Positions 28,911-40,617 of a DNA stretch of 64,000 nt are shown in pieces. Under the pieces are notes generated by a model that did no database searches, was not told the DNA's origin, and saw only the letters and a program-made list of their open reading frames with translations. Origin of the DNA: Octopus sinensis (lineage: Eukaryota); assembly GCF_006345805.1 (NCBI RefSeq), contig NC_043010.1:18166001-18230000 (forward strand), written 5' to 3'. The position numbers and the translations under genes are program-made. The first letter of the stretch is position 1. Every line of letters starts with the position of its first letter.

Positions 28911-29387
28911 CCTTAAATACTTGAGTATAATACGCAGGGGATTTTTAGGGAGCTATATCTCTGAAAAACCTCAGCCTTGTGTATAATATGCACCCCTTCT
29001 CTAACTTGATTCAAGGAGGTCTATATAATGTGTTTGGTTTGTAAAAATGTATACGGTAACATCCTTTATTATTGCCTTCTTTATCTTTGGCATCCGTTTA
29101 ATATCGTCTTTATTTTTTCTCCATAACCTGACATTGTTTTCATCAACATCAAATTTTCTTCCGGCAGCCCTATTACCATGCTCTTCAGCATATGATATAA
29201 CTATATAAGATATTTTTGCGCCCGACATCACAAAATGAGTCTGAATAAACATTGCCGGGCAGAAAATAGAGACTCTGACATTGCTTAGAAAATATTTTTC
29301 ATTTTTAACCTCGTATATAGTATGCACTAGGGATTTTGACCTTTAAGTTTTGGGGAAAAAATGTGGACTATACTCGAGGAATTATGG
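28911..29387 (-). mobile_element. Internally deleted pogo/Tigger-like DNA transposon
   Basis: TA-flanked TIRs CCTTAAATACTTGAGTATAA / CTATACTCGAGGAATTATGG. The minus strand encodes VISYAEEHGNRAAGRKFDVDENNVRLWRK, a pogo N-terminal HTH (Brinker-DBD-like). Confidence 0.8.
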
Positions 29388-30377
29388 TATGCATTGTGTG
29401 TGTGTGATTGACCACCCCCACTGATTGACATTAGGTGTTGGTTTGTTTACATCCCTGAAACTTAGCAGTTCAACACAAGAGACTGATAGAATAAGTGCTG
29501 GGATTGAGTTCAACTAAAATTTTTCATGGTGCTGTCCCAGCATGGCCACAGTCTAATAACCGAGACATGTAAAAGATAAAAGAGAGGACATGCCAAACCC
29601 AAAGTGATTTGTTATTCCCTTTCTTTATTTCTACCTGGGGATGATGTCATCAATTGTCCACAGTGGAGCAGTTTCAGGGGCTGTTACCCCGTCCCTTAAT
29701 AGCAGGAATTTCAGCTGAGTTCAGTGAACACTATTTCAGATATTTTCATGTTAATTCTTGGTCTTTCTGCCCCACTTTCTCTATTTAGTTGTTCTCTTTC
29801 AGTTTCCATCCCAAGGCAATGATAGTAGGAGATACTTGCTCAAGGTGCAACTTCTTACCATACAGTCATGCCTGCACCAATTTTGCCTTGTGGACATAGT
29901 TTGTTTTTAAAAACAAGATTAACACTAAGCTTAATTTTCACAACCAGTGAATCATCCTGGTTCACAAAGATGGTGGCCAACAAAAGAATAACTTACCATT
30001 CTCAGACATACACGGAATAATGTGAAAATATAAAACAATGAAAAGGGCTGAAAAACACAAAACTGAATAGCATGTTTTTCTTGCGTTAGAAAGGGGGCAT
30101 CTGGCTGTAGAAACCATGTCGAAGCAGACAGTGAAGCCAAGGACAGTCTTCTCACTTGTTGGTTCCTGTCAAACTGCCCAACACATGCCAACAAGGAAAA
30201 CAGTCATTAAATGATGATAACGCTGTGTGTGTTTGTATATTCATTAATTTACATGGCATTTCCATGATTGCATGGTTAGATAGATTGTCATGGTCCAAGT
30301 TAAATCCAGTTTGGAGATATTGCTCTCCAGGATGAATCAGAGGTCCACATCTTGTGTTTCATTTTGGCTTTTTACAG

Positions 30378-30650
30378 CTAGATGCCCTTAGAAGTAAGTA
30401 ATGTTCCTTCTCGAGCCATGCTAGGCTCATAAGGGCCGGTTTCTCAGTTTCAGTGGCGTAGAAATTCCCCACCTGGACGGGACGGTGTTTCGTCACAGGA
30501 TTACTCATTTTTGCCAGCTGAGTGGACTGGAGCAATGTGAAATGAAGTGTTTTGCTCAAGAACACAACGCATTGCCCAGTCCAGGAATCAAAACCACAAC
30601 CTTACGATCACGAGTTCAACACCCTAACCAATAAGCCACACGCCTCCACT
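30378..30650 (-). mobile_element. tRNA-headed SINE with CORE-like central domain (family D)
   Basis: TTCTTGAGCAAAACACTTCATTTCAC resembles the CORE motif. Copies at ~18040-18275 (+) and ~60950-61185 (+). Confidence 0.7.
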
Positions 30651-31535
30651 AGATGCCCTTCCTAACACCAACCACCCTGCAAAGTGCCCTGAGTACATCT
30701 TATCATGACCCCAACAAAAGAGAGATAGTCGTGTCCTCATCAAGTCCTCTCAATCTCACACTTTAGAGTGTAGTGGGTACATTTTCTTGTGTCACTAGAG
30801 AGATGGTGATATCCAAGTAAAGTGTCTTGTTGACCCTTTCTCTTCTCTTACTCACTGGCGATTGTACAGTCTCCTGGTTGAGTTTATGCAGGCACCAGCT
30901 GTAGTGGGGTTGCTTTGTACCATGCAAGATAAAGGAGTTCTCACTACTCTGCGTAAGAGCTGAAACCAATGAAGAATTATAAACAATTGAAATAAAGAAT
31001 TATTATATAAAACAGTTTTATTTAAGGTTCCACCTGTAGGTTTTTCAACAGGAATCAAATGTGTATTAGAAATTTAAAAAACATATTTAGGATTTTCGTC
31101 TCTCATTTATGTCACTAGCTACAAGCATGGCTGTGTGATGAAGAAGATCGCTTTGTGATTACGTAGTCTCAGGATCAATTCCATTGCATGGCATCTTGAG
31201 CAAATGTTTTCAATCGTAGCCTTGAACTGATAAATACCTTGTGAGAGGTATTTGTCAGTGAGATGGAACTGTGTGGAAGCCTGCTTAAAGGAGCATTCTC
31301 ATTATTGAGTGATAAACTTAATACATCACCAAGCTGCACAACTCCACCACCTGGCCATTGTGAACCTTTAGCAGGGACCACTCTGTGACGAGTATTCAGT
31401 CCAAGTGTCTAGTTTGAGGGTTACCTGGTTCCACCAGCCTTGGAGGCTCTGGGAAATATAATAGACACCGGTTGTTGATTTGTTGTGCTTCTGGACAGAA
31501 CACTATATTCTACATGACCAGTCCAGGACCAAAGT

Positions 31536-33440
31536 TTATGAATAATCTTTGATGACATCTTCACATCCAACCCAAATCTGTTGAGTTTCTGTTGTCAAAT
31601 GGTTGCTGTAATGAAAGTTATCCTGCTGATCATCTTTCAACTTGGATTGATAGTGTTTGATTAGACTTACATATCTACTTCGAATGGCTAATGAACTATT
31701 GCTGGGTTCAAACTGTAACAAGATTTCAGCTGATAAGAGAAGAACCAGGTATGAATGGATGGAATGATCTCCCTTGTCGTCTGTAATGAATTGCAGAACG
31801 CTGTCTACAAAACTGAGGTCGACCTTGCTGTAAAGCACAAAGGTTAACAACAGACTATCAACGACTGATTTGACAAAGATGAACTCAGGATGAAGATTAA
31901 CAGTCACTGGTAAGATGTGCTTGACTTGATCCCACGTGGGGCTGTACTGATGAAATATCAGCCTGATTTCTTTAATAAACCCATGGAGGATATTCTTTGT
32001 GTCTTCATAGTGTGATGAACTAAGGTCAGCTCTGTAGAACCACAGCAAAGTGATTAACCAAGCCTCTAGGTTAGCTTCTGGTACAGTGAAACTATGTTTC
32101 AATAGATAAGCTATAAATTTCAAACGGAAGTGCTGTGTCTGAAACCAAACGTGAACAAGATCGAATCCAGCACACCTCCAGATTTCTGTTTGCTGGAAGA
32201 AAGACTTCATATTTTGAACACATTCTGATACGTCCTGGTAAGGAATCAAAATATACTGTTTAAGTATTTCATGAAGAAATGAAGGGTACAAGCAATAAAG
32301 TGATATGGAATCTTCTCTAGAGCTGTATTCTGTTGTGTGTCGATGAACACAGTCATAGAAAACAGACAATACATTGAAAATGCTGGCCCCACCACCGCAA
32401 TGTCTTCTCACTGTACTGTTTTTCTCGTCCACAGCTATCATATTCTTAACGACAGAGTGGAATACATTCGAAGTTTCCAAAAATAATTGTGTATCCTCAG
32501 CACAGGCTTTGGGAAGTTGTCTGGAATTTATTATTCTCTCCACGTGTTTCCTACAGTAACACCAATCCAAGCTTGCGCGGATCAACAACAAGATTTCTCG
32601 TTCTAAACTAGGCATATGACTGATCCATAATCTATACTGACTGTAGAAGCTTAGGTACCCGGGAGAAGGCGGATTAGTAGATACGCGGCTACCCGTATAT
32701 ATACTCGATTCTAAACTATCCAAGCTTTGGTAAAAGTCTAAAACGACACCCGAACAAGGCTGTGTTGAAAGATAGTCCATGAATGCATCAACCAAAGTCT
32801 GAAGGCGTGGTTGCTGCGAATTGTGCAAGAGATAAATCAATACCGAGCAAACGTCAGAAAGACTGTCAGAAGACATGACTATGCCACTGGGGAGAGGTGT
32901 ACCATTAACAGTATCAGTGCTTATCTTAAGGTCCATAATATACTGTCTTAACACTGTTATGGCCTTGTTGCATATTAATTCGGTATGCAAGCCAAGTTGA
33001 TCATGAAGATATTTTCCTTCGGCATCGACATTCATTAAGCAGTTTCGAAGTTTTGAGATGACCCACGGATTGGTTCGTATTCCTGTAGGTAGGACATAAC
33101 CAAAGTCATATGTATTTAAAATACACTCCATTATAAGTCGATTGATGTCTGAATGTAACGTTAAACTATTTACCTGAGTCAAACAGTCTAACAAGCGATA
33201 GATATTTTTCATGTCGTCCGAGAATAACGAACTATCATTAGACTTCTCTGATAAATACTGCTTTAATTGTTGAAGTATTCCTATAATTTCTGGAAATCTT
33301 TTAAATAAATTATTGTCTGGTTTCGGTATAGTCTCATCGTAAGTGAAATTTAATTGATTCAATAATGTAGTTATCTTGTTTTCCAGGGTTCTATCAATTG
33401 ACGTCGTCGCTGACTTAGAAGCGGAACTGACGCCCGCCAT
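31536..33440 (-). CDS. FANCC: Intronless FANCC-like protein (Fanconi anemia core complex subunit C), 634 aa from ATG at 33440
   Basis: Uninterrupted ORF with acaattATGG context. Colinear motifs versus human FANCC as recalled: KRFPEIIGIL~ERFPTIGQLL; RLWISHMPSLEREIL~CLWLRHLPSLEKAML; ERIINSRQLPKAC~ECFIKDSSLPQAA; HVWFQTQHF~ESWFLFIHF; WLITLLWFY~LLWLLAFYY; VDSLLLTFVLY~IRHLLLNFLLW. Confidence 0.75.
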   Translation of the reverse strand: MAGVSSASKSATTSIDRTLENKITTLLNQLNFTYDETIPKPDNNLFKRFPEIIGILQQLKQYLSEKSNDSSLFSDDMKNIYRLLDCLTQVNSLTLHSDINRLIMECILNTYDFGYVLPTGIRTNPWVISKLRNCLMNVDAEGKYLHDQLGLHTELICNKAITVLRQYIMDLKISTDTVNGTPLPSGIVMSSDSLSDVCSVLIYLLHNSQQPRLQTLVDAFMDYLSTQPCSGVVLDFYQSLDSLESSIYTGSRVSTNPPSPGYLSFYSQYRLWISHMPSLEREILLLIRASLDWCYCRKHVERIINSRQLPKACAEDTQLFLETSNVFHSVVKNMIAVDEKNSTVRRHCGGGASIFNVLSVFYDCVHRHTTEYSSREDSISLYCLYPSFLHEILKQYILIPYQDVSECVQNMKSFFQQTEIWRCAGFDLVHVWFQTQHFRLKFIAYLLKHSFTVPEANLEAWLITLLWFYRADLSSSHYEDTKNILHGFIKEIRLIFHQYSPTWDQVKHILPVTVNLHPEFIFVKSVVDSLLLTFVLYSKVDLSFVDSVLQFITDDKGDHSIHSYLVLLLSAEILLQFEPSNSSLAIRSRYVSLIKHYQSKLKDDQQDNFHYSNHLTTETQQIWVGCEDVIKDYS

Positions 33441-34200
33441 AATTGTCACGGTAACCGATGGCTTGGGATCGGAGCAATAGTTTCGTATTCCCCACCCGTC
33501 ACATCTGGTTAAGTTACTTAAACGTAATCTAACAGTTTCATTTATGGTCGAAAATACTGATTAATTAATCTGGTTTAAGTTAATTTGTAATAAAAACGCA
33601 GTGGAATATTGCTAATACTAACAAGATTACAACACGTAAAGAGATTAAAAGTAAATAGTTTACTACATTTGCCAAGACACCGTCTTTTAAGCTGAATGTT
33701 GCAAACTTTTTTAAAAGTTTATTCTTTTCACAAATGCAATTTAAAGCAAATTTAATTATATAAATCTGCTTTAAAATATAATTTAATAGAAAACAAAAAA
33801 AAATAATAAAATAAAACGCATTTGAATACGAAAGTACGAATTAACAACTGTATTATTGTTCGTGACAGCTCTGCAATGGCTAAAGTACCCCAGCTTGGAG
33901 CGAACATGGCCACGGCAGTCCGGCACTTCTGTTCGACCACTGTCAATGCGAAACGTCATATAAAAACTATGTAAGCCCATCATTTAAACAGACATTGTCA
34001 ACTTGTTGGCCATTGACATCAAATGACAGCGTCCTTCAGTTTAATTATTGGTGTATTGTAAGCAAGTGAGCCATACCCTTAACTTTTACAGATCCTTGTA
34101 AGGTCCGGTTATTTGTGGGTTTCCATCTGCTGCCCACCCCGCTTCTCTCTTGGTACACGTATTCCCTTTAGTCATTTCGTCTACAGGTGACCAGGGTGGA
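33441..34200. promoter_or_regulatory. Candidate bidirectional promoter region (FANCC-like leftward, NMNAT non-coding first exon rightward)
   Basis: Locally CpG-rich, repeat-free sequence directly upstream of the FANCC ATG. A candidate donor AA|gtgagc at 34066 could splice to the NMNAT acceptor ending at 38365. Confidence 0.4.
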
Positions 34201-34387
34201 TATTATTCTCATTCTTTTTCCTTCTAAAACTTTTAGGTTTTTCGATTCTAGGCCCTGCTTCCACCTTCAGAACTTTTTGCCCTGTCAAAAGAATTGAATT
34301 GGAAATTAACTATTGAGTCAAAACTCCTAATTTCTTCAGAAGTATATACTTCAAGCGTCGTAGATTACGATTCTGCAAACACACACG

Positions 34388-34445
<58 letters not shown>

Positions 34446-36414
34446 GGTATGTACTTCGTTTTCCCATAATTTTCTTGTTTTGGTTTTCATTTCAATACCT
34501 TTTTCAGCATTTCAGACGATAATTTTTAAAAAATAGACGTAATTCTTTAAAACATAAATCTGGGAGAGAAAAAACGGGGGAAGCAGGCAAAAGATTGCTC
34601 ATCCCGCCCAAACTTCAGTATCGTTACCATTGTTGTTTCAAACATACTCATCTGAAGAAATTAAGGTTTTTCGTTCATTAATAATTTCTGATTCTATAGG
34701 TGCCCCAACTCGTCCTCAACAATTTATGTTTTTAAAAATAATGATAACAATGACCTTGGTGAGTCGGAATCGTACCGTCGCTTCTCTGTTCACTTAACCA
34801 TAGTTTACACCTCTAATGCACTCAATACATTGTAAAGCGGTTGATGTATATAAAAAATTATATACCTCAACTTCACTTAAACATTTTTGTCCTTTGGTGT
34901 CAAAGTTTTCATTGCTCGAAACTGCAGCCTGTTCACTGACAAAAATTATGCTATATACACATGTATGTATATATAAGAATATAAGAAAAATATTTAAAAA
35001 ATATATCAGAACAAAATGGTATAGATCTTTTTATCTTTTAGTTGTATCAGTTATTGGACTGTGGCCATGCTGGGGCACTGTCTTGAAGCATTTTAGTTGA
35101 ATCAATCAATCAAACCTGGTATTTATTCTTATTGGCCACTTTTGCTGAACTTTCAAGTTACTGGGATGTAAACACACCAACACTGGTTGTCAAGTGGTGG
35201 GAGGGGACAAACTCAGATACAAAAACATATGCACATCTATATATACGACAGGCTTCCTTCAGTTTCCCTTTACCAAATCCACTGAAGAAGCTTTGGTTGG
35301 CCAAAGACTATATAGTAGAAGACACTTGCCCAAGGTGCCATGCAGTGGGACTGAACCTGGAACCATCTAGTTGGAAAGTAAATTTCTTTCCTATAAAATT
35401 TTTATATATTATTGGAATGTTAAATGGACTGGATTTCTGCATGTGTGCCTGAATAGGTGTATATATGTGGGTACATACTCATGTTTTCAGTTTTATTTAT
35501 GCTGCTTGCATCACCATACCCATGTATATACTCTTTACTCTCTTTTACTCTTACTTGTTTCAGTCATTTGATTGCGGCCATGCTGGAGCACCGCCTTTAG
35601 TCGAGCAAATTGACCCCGGGACTTATTCTTTGTAAGCCCAGTACTTATTCTATCAGTCTCTTTTGCCGAACCGCTAAGTGATGGGGATGTAAACACACCA
35701 GCATCGGTTGTCAAGCAATGCTAGGGGGACAAACACAAACACACACACATACATATACATACGACAGGCTTCTTTCAGTTTCCGTCTACCAGATCCACTC
35801 ACAAGGCATTGGTTGGCCCGGGGCTATAGCAGAAGACACTTGCCCAAGATGCCACGCAGTGGGACTGAACCTGGAACCATGTGGTTGTTTAGCAAGCTAC
35901 TTACCACACAGCCACTCCTATATATATATAAATTAAAATGAGGGTGAGAAATTAGATATTAATTTAATTAACATCTATTTCACACCAGTGGTCTAGCATA
36001 TAAAAAAACTGAAGGTTCAGTAAAATTGTATTATATACATATTACAGGGAAACCACTATATGGACACCCTAATGCTAGAAATAGATCCGCTATGGTCTAA
36101 CCACTAAGAAATGTTCTCAAGAAAAATTTAGCAAAACAACCAAAACGTTTATATATATATATATATATATATACACATACATGGGTATGGTGATGCAAGC
36201 AGCATAACTAGAACTGAAAACATGAGTATATTTTTATTTTTATTCAGCAGAAGCAAGAGAGTGACTCAAGGGCTGAGAGTTTCGTGCATTGGCACTTATC
36301 AAAGTGTCATTGTACAAAACGCATGGGTTCACTCTGTTACTTCTGCTAAATATTGATAAATATATATGTGTGTATATTATACAAGTGTATATATATATAT
36401 ATATGTGTGTGATC

Positions 36415-37215
36415 ATCATCGTTCAACCGCTAGTGTGTGACACTTTTTCACACAGCTATCCACATCCATTCTCGCCACATGGCCATACCAGCGTAGTCGT
36501 CTCTCTTACACACCACATCTGATGCTTCTTAGGTCCAACTTTTCTCTCAAGGTACTAACACTCTGTCGAGTATGCACACTGACATTACACATCCATCGTC
36601 GGAGCATGCTGGCTTCATTCCTTGCGAGCTTACGCATGTCCTCAGCAATCACAGCCCATGTTTCACTGCCATGTAGCATGGCTGTTCGTACACATGTGTC
36701 ATACAGTCTACCTTTTACTCTGAGCGAGAGGCCCTTTGTCACCAGTAGAGGTAAGAGCTCTCTGAACTTAGCCCAGGCTATTCTTATTCTAGCAGCTACA
36801 CTTTCAGCGCACCCTCCCCAGCTATCAACTACTTCTAGTTTTTCTTCCTGGAATGTGGCGAAAGTTGTTCTCTGCCCATTTTCAGTATTTATTGCTGCTG
36901 AGCATCTGCCACATGCAAAAACTATTGCTGCACCTCTTATGTGTCCATAGCTTACACTTGGTGCATCTTATAGAGTTTCTACCTACGTCTTTAGGGCCAT
37001 CTACCTGAAGGGATTTGTGGTTTGCCTGTCTTCCTACTTATTAGGACTTTGGTTTTAGCTAGGTTGATTCTAAGGCCCTTCGATTCTAATCCTTGTTTCC
37101 ACACTTGAAACTTCTCCTCTAGTTCTGATAGTGACTCAGCAATTAGAGCAAGGTCGTCAGCATAGAGGAGCTCCCAGGGGCAACCTGTCTTGAATTCCTC
37201 TGTTATTGCCTCTGT
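36415..37215 (-). mobile_element. RTE LINE fragment with RT core and cysteine-rich insert, internally deleted
   Basis: PWELLYADDLALIAES...GLRINLAKTK; RCTKCKLWTHKRC; KGRLYDTCVRTAMLHGSETW. Confidence 0.9.
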
Positions 37216-37246
37216 GTATGTTTGCGTATATAAATATATATATGTA

Positions 37247-37281
<35 letters not shown>

Positions 37282-37925
37282 GGTCAGAATACAGTTTGCA
37301 AAATTAACATTCTGGAGCCTATACAAATGTATTTAAGGCACATATTTTAGGCATCTCCCTACAGTTGTAAATTGTAAAACACAACCGTCACCACTGCTAC
37401 ATGAACCTGAAAATTGCATAGTTTAATGAATGGACTTTTAATATTCTATCATTTCATTATGTTATATTATTATCAGATTGTAAATAGAAGTTGGAATTTC
37501 TTTGAGTAATATATACACACACACAGAAGTGTGCAGTTCCCAGACTTTGTTTCCTCATAACTTTCAGAAAAATGGTAGTTTTCCTCCTCACACTTCATAT
37601 CCATATGAATTCCCCGCCCCCTCCTCAAGTTTGGCAGCTCTTATTTTTTATTTCTTCTCAAACACTGTGTGTGTGTGTGTGGGGGGGGGGGCTTACGTCT
37701 AAGAGAGCTAACTCCTGCCAAACTTCTCGGTACCAAAAGTAAAACTATGTTCGGTAAATTTCCAAGAAATCCATTACACACCACTGTATTCCATTTCTAG
37801 TTTTCAGTCTTCCGTTTTCTCCTGTTCAGGTTTAACAGATAATTTGTCGCTTGAAGTAGTTCTACAAACAGTGAGTGAATTGATTTTCTAGGTCGTACGT
37901 ACATCCTCGTGTTTACGTGTGTATT

Positions 37926-38043
37926 CAGGGTGGGACAAAATGATTTGACATCTTTGTAGGTTTAATAACATTTTTTCCCCTTCTTTTCTCTATTTCGATT
38001 TTATTAAAACCTACAAATCAGTCAGGTCATTTTGCAATACCCT
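37926..38043. mobile_element. Small Tc1/mariner-like MITE
   Basis: CAGGGTGGGACAAAATGATTTGAC ... GTCAGGTCATTTTGCAATACCCTG-TA. Confidence 0.5.
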
Positions 38044-38274
38044 GTAACTCTAAGCTGAAACTAGAGAAAAAAAAAAAAAAAAAATTTGAAGTTTCTTTGA
38101 ATTTATCGCAGCTGAAATTAAGTATTCTCAACTCTCGGAAACTATGCCCAACTCTCTAAATATATTCTTTTCACTGACTTGTAAAGTTAGTTGTACCAAT
38201 CACATAAATTTATATGTCACGATTAATGTAAAGTAAGGTTTCTTGTAATCGAAATTTAAGGTCCCTCTCTCTAT

Positions 38275-38345
<71 letters not shown>

Positions 38346-38378
38346 TCCTCTTGTTTGTGAATTAGGTACAGAACGAAG

Positions 38379-38448
38379 ATGCCTCAAGTTGTTTTGCTAA
38401 GCTGTGGTTCCTACAATCCGATAACCAATATGCACTTACGAATGTTTG
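38379..38448 (+). CDS. NMNAT: NMNAT coding exon 1 (MPQVVLLSCGSYNPITNMHLRMF)
   Basis: Nucleotidyltransferase GxxxPxTxxH motif. Acceptor attag ends 38365; donor G|gtaag at 38449 (phase 1). Confidence 0.93.
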
Positions 38449-39009
38449 GTAAGAAAATGCTTTGTTATTTTATATATTATTTACAATTATTTAAAATGAA
38501 AGTAAAATTAGAAAGAAACCGGAATTTAAGGGGCGAAATGTATGTTGTTTCTGTATCTATACTGCGCACGGGAATATATTTTATATTTCTCTTTATTGTT
38601 ATATAATACGAAATAATAGAAAGCTGTCCTGTGACATCGGAAAGTATGTTCCGATTCTCTGCGCCCAGAGTTCAAATTCACTGAGATCAACTTTTCTTGT
38701 CATTATTTCGGGAGCCGCCAAAACTTTTAGGATCTCGGACAGAATGTTTTACTATATTTATTCCAACTCTTATTTTCCGAGTTCAAATCCCACATCGACC
38801 CTTATCTGTCCGCCGCCCTATTAAACACATTCACTGAGATTGAAAATAATTGTGTGATGTGTGGACAGCAGTTTCTTCTTTTTTTATGCATTATATTTTG
38901 ATATAATCGGAATCTACGCCATCTGAAAGGTATCTTTAGGAAATTTCATTAAAAAACACCCACTTAGGTACGCACTTGTGTAGGTATGCATGTGTGTGTG
39001 TGTATATAT

Positions 39010-39054
<45 letters not shown>

Positions 39055-39067
39055 GTAGAGTAATATG

Positions 39068-39214
39068 CTTTATTTAAAAGCAGCAGAAATTCAACAAAAC
39101 CTGTTACTCTGAGTTTCACGTTCCCGTTCGTCGAACGAATTGTCTGTCCGACGAACGGGAACGTGAAACTCAGAGTAACAGGTTTTGTTGAATTTCTGCT
39201 GCTTTTAAATAAAG
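39068..39214. repeat. Perfect 66-bp inverted repeat with 15-nt loop (Penelope-like terminal sequence)
   Basis: 39068-39133 is the exact reverse complement of 39149-39214. Confidence 0.95.
39143..39182 (+). ncRNA. Minimal type I hammerhead-ribozyme motif (U4C variant)
   Basis: Stem I UCUGU/ACAGG; core CCGACGA; stem II ACG-GGAA-CGU; GAAA; stem III ACUC-A-GAGU; GUA triplet with predicted cut after 39177. Confidence 0.6.
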
Positions 39215-39427
39215 TATATATATATATAATTGGTAACCGGGAGGAGAGTAGAGATATATTCACATCTAAAATGTTTTTTTATTATAAAGTTTTCTACAAA
39301 ACGTTTACGCTTGTGCACTAGTTAATTGGATCGTTGTGGATAGCCGGCATCTGTACCAATTTGGGAGATAATACGGTATCCGCCAGGATAACTTATCCCT
39401 TCTATACTCTCCCTCTGTGTGTGTGTA

Positions 39428-39481
<54 letters not shown>

Positions 39482-39812
39482 GTGTGTGCGTATATATATA
39501 CAGGCGTGCTTTCGGAGGAAGTCTATCGAAATTGAAAGTACTTGTTCGACAAATTCTGTGAAAATTTTTTTGTTTCTACTTAAATCGAGTGGTCCCGCAG
39601 GGTTAGGGTTACTTTTTAGGGAGCTCTGTATTTAAGTAGTACCAAAATTTTTTCTTTAATTTTACTTTCAGCTGAATCGCTTGTTTTTGTATTTTTCATG
39701 TATGTATGTATGTATGCATGTGTGTGTTTATGTGCATGTATGATTCACTGGAATGGAAATTACGGAATAAATACTTTCAGTTTCAATATACTTTCTCTGA
39801 AAGATCATCATC

Positions 39813-39847
<35 letters not shown>

Positions 39848-40188
39848 ATGTATGTATGTATGTAACGGTTAGGTTTTAATTAGTCTAGTTAACCAATTGT
39901 AACGGGTAAGATTGATTAGTAAACAATAATATGAGATGTCGGAGTCAGCAGTTGTAACGATAAAAATTGTTGTTACAACGGCATGTTGTAGAATGTGAAA
40001 GATGGACAATGCTTGAAGTTTTAATGAAATGTTTATTTACCGTTACGTTGAATAATACTATACCTCGACGGGCAGGTTATAAAATCCGAGAGCATGCGAA
40101 AGAAAGTTAGATATGGTAGAATTTTTCTTTGCATAGTTTGGCGTAAACGAATTGTTAGTCGTAATCCGCAGATGGCGGTAGAATGATG

Positions 40189-40617
40189 GCATCTTTTCGG
40201 TTTGAACGGCAGTTTTTAACATACTTTCTAGGTAACTAAAAAATTTTAAACTTCGTATACTGGTAGAATGTGTTTATAAAACATCATTTTCTCTTGGCTT
40301 TATTGAGAACATCGCCGAAAAGGCCGAAAATTCTATAGTTTGTAAGATATTTGTTGTTTTTCTTCAATTTCTTCAATTTCAACCAATCACTGACGTCTAT
40401 TGAGTTAAAAAAAAACTTTCTGTTCCGTATGTATATGTCCCTCGTTTAAGAAACAGATTGGGTTTATTTACATTTGTGAAGAAAAGAAGATACCCTTCCC
40501 CCACCCCTAACCCTAACACAGATTGAAATGCAATAGATCGATACTAGGGTCATAATTATGGGTGACAATTTCATATGAAACCGCTAGAAAAAACTGCCGT
40601 TCAAACCGAAAAGATCC
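40189..40617. mobile_element. MITE copy 1 with ~26-bp TIRs (Merlin-like ends)
   Basis: TIR (G/C)ATCTTTTCGGTTTGAACGGCAGTTTT at both ends. 8-bp TSD GAATGATG at 40181-40188 and 40618-40625. Confidence 0.85.

Noticed and set aside
29637-29720. C/D snoRNA-like ATGATG...CTGA
   Set aside because: Imperfect box C, no convincing terminal stem and no evident host intron.
39599-39612. GGGTTAGGGTTA telomere-like motif
   Set aside because: Too short to call an interstitial telomeric array.
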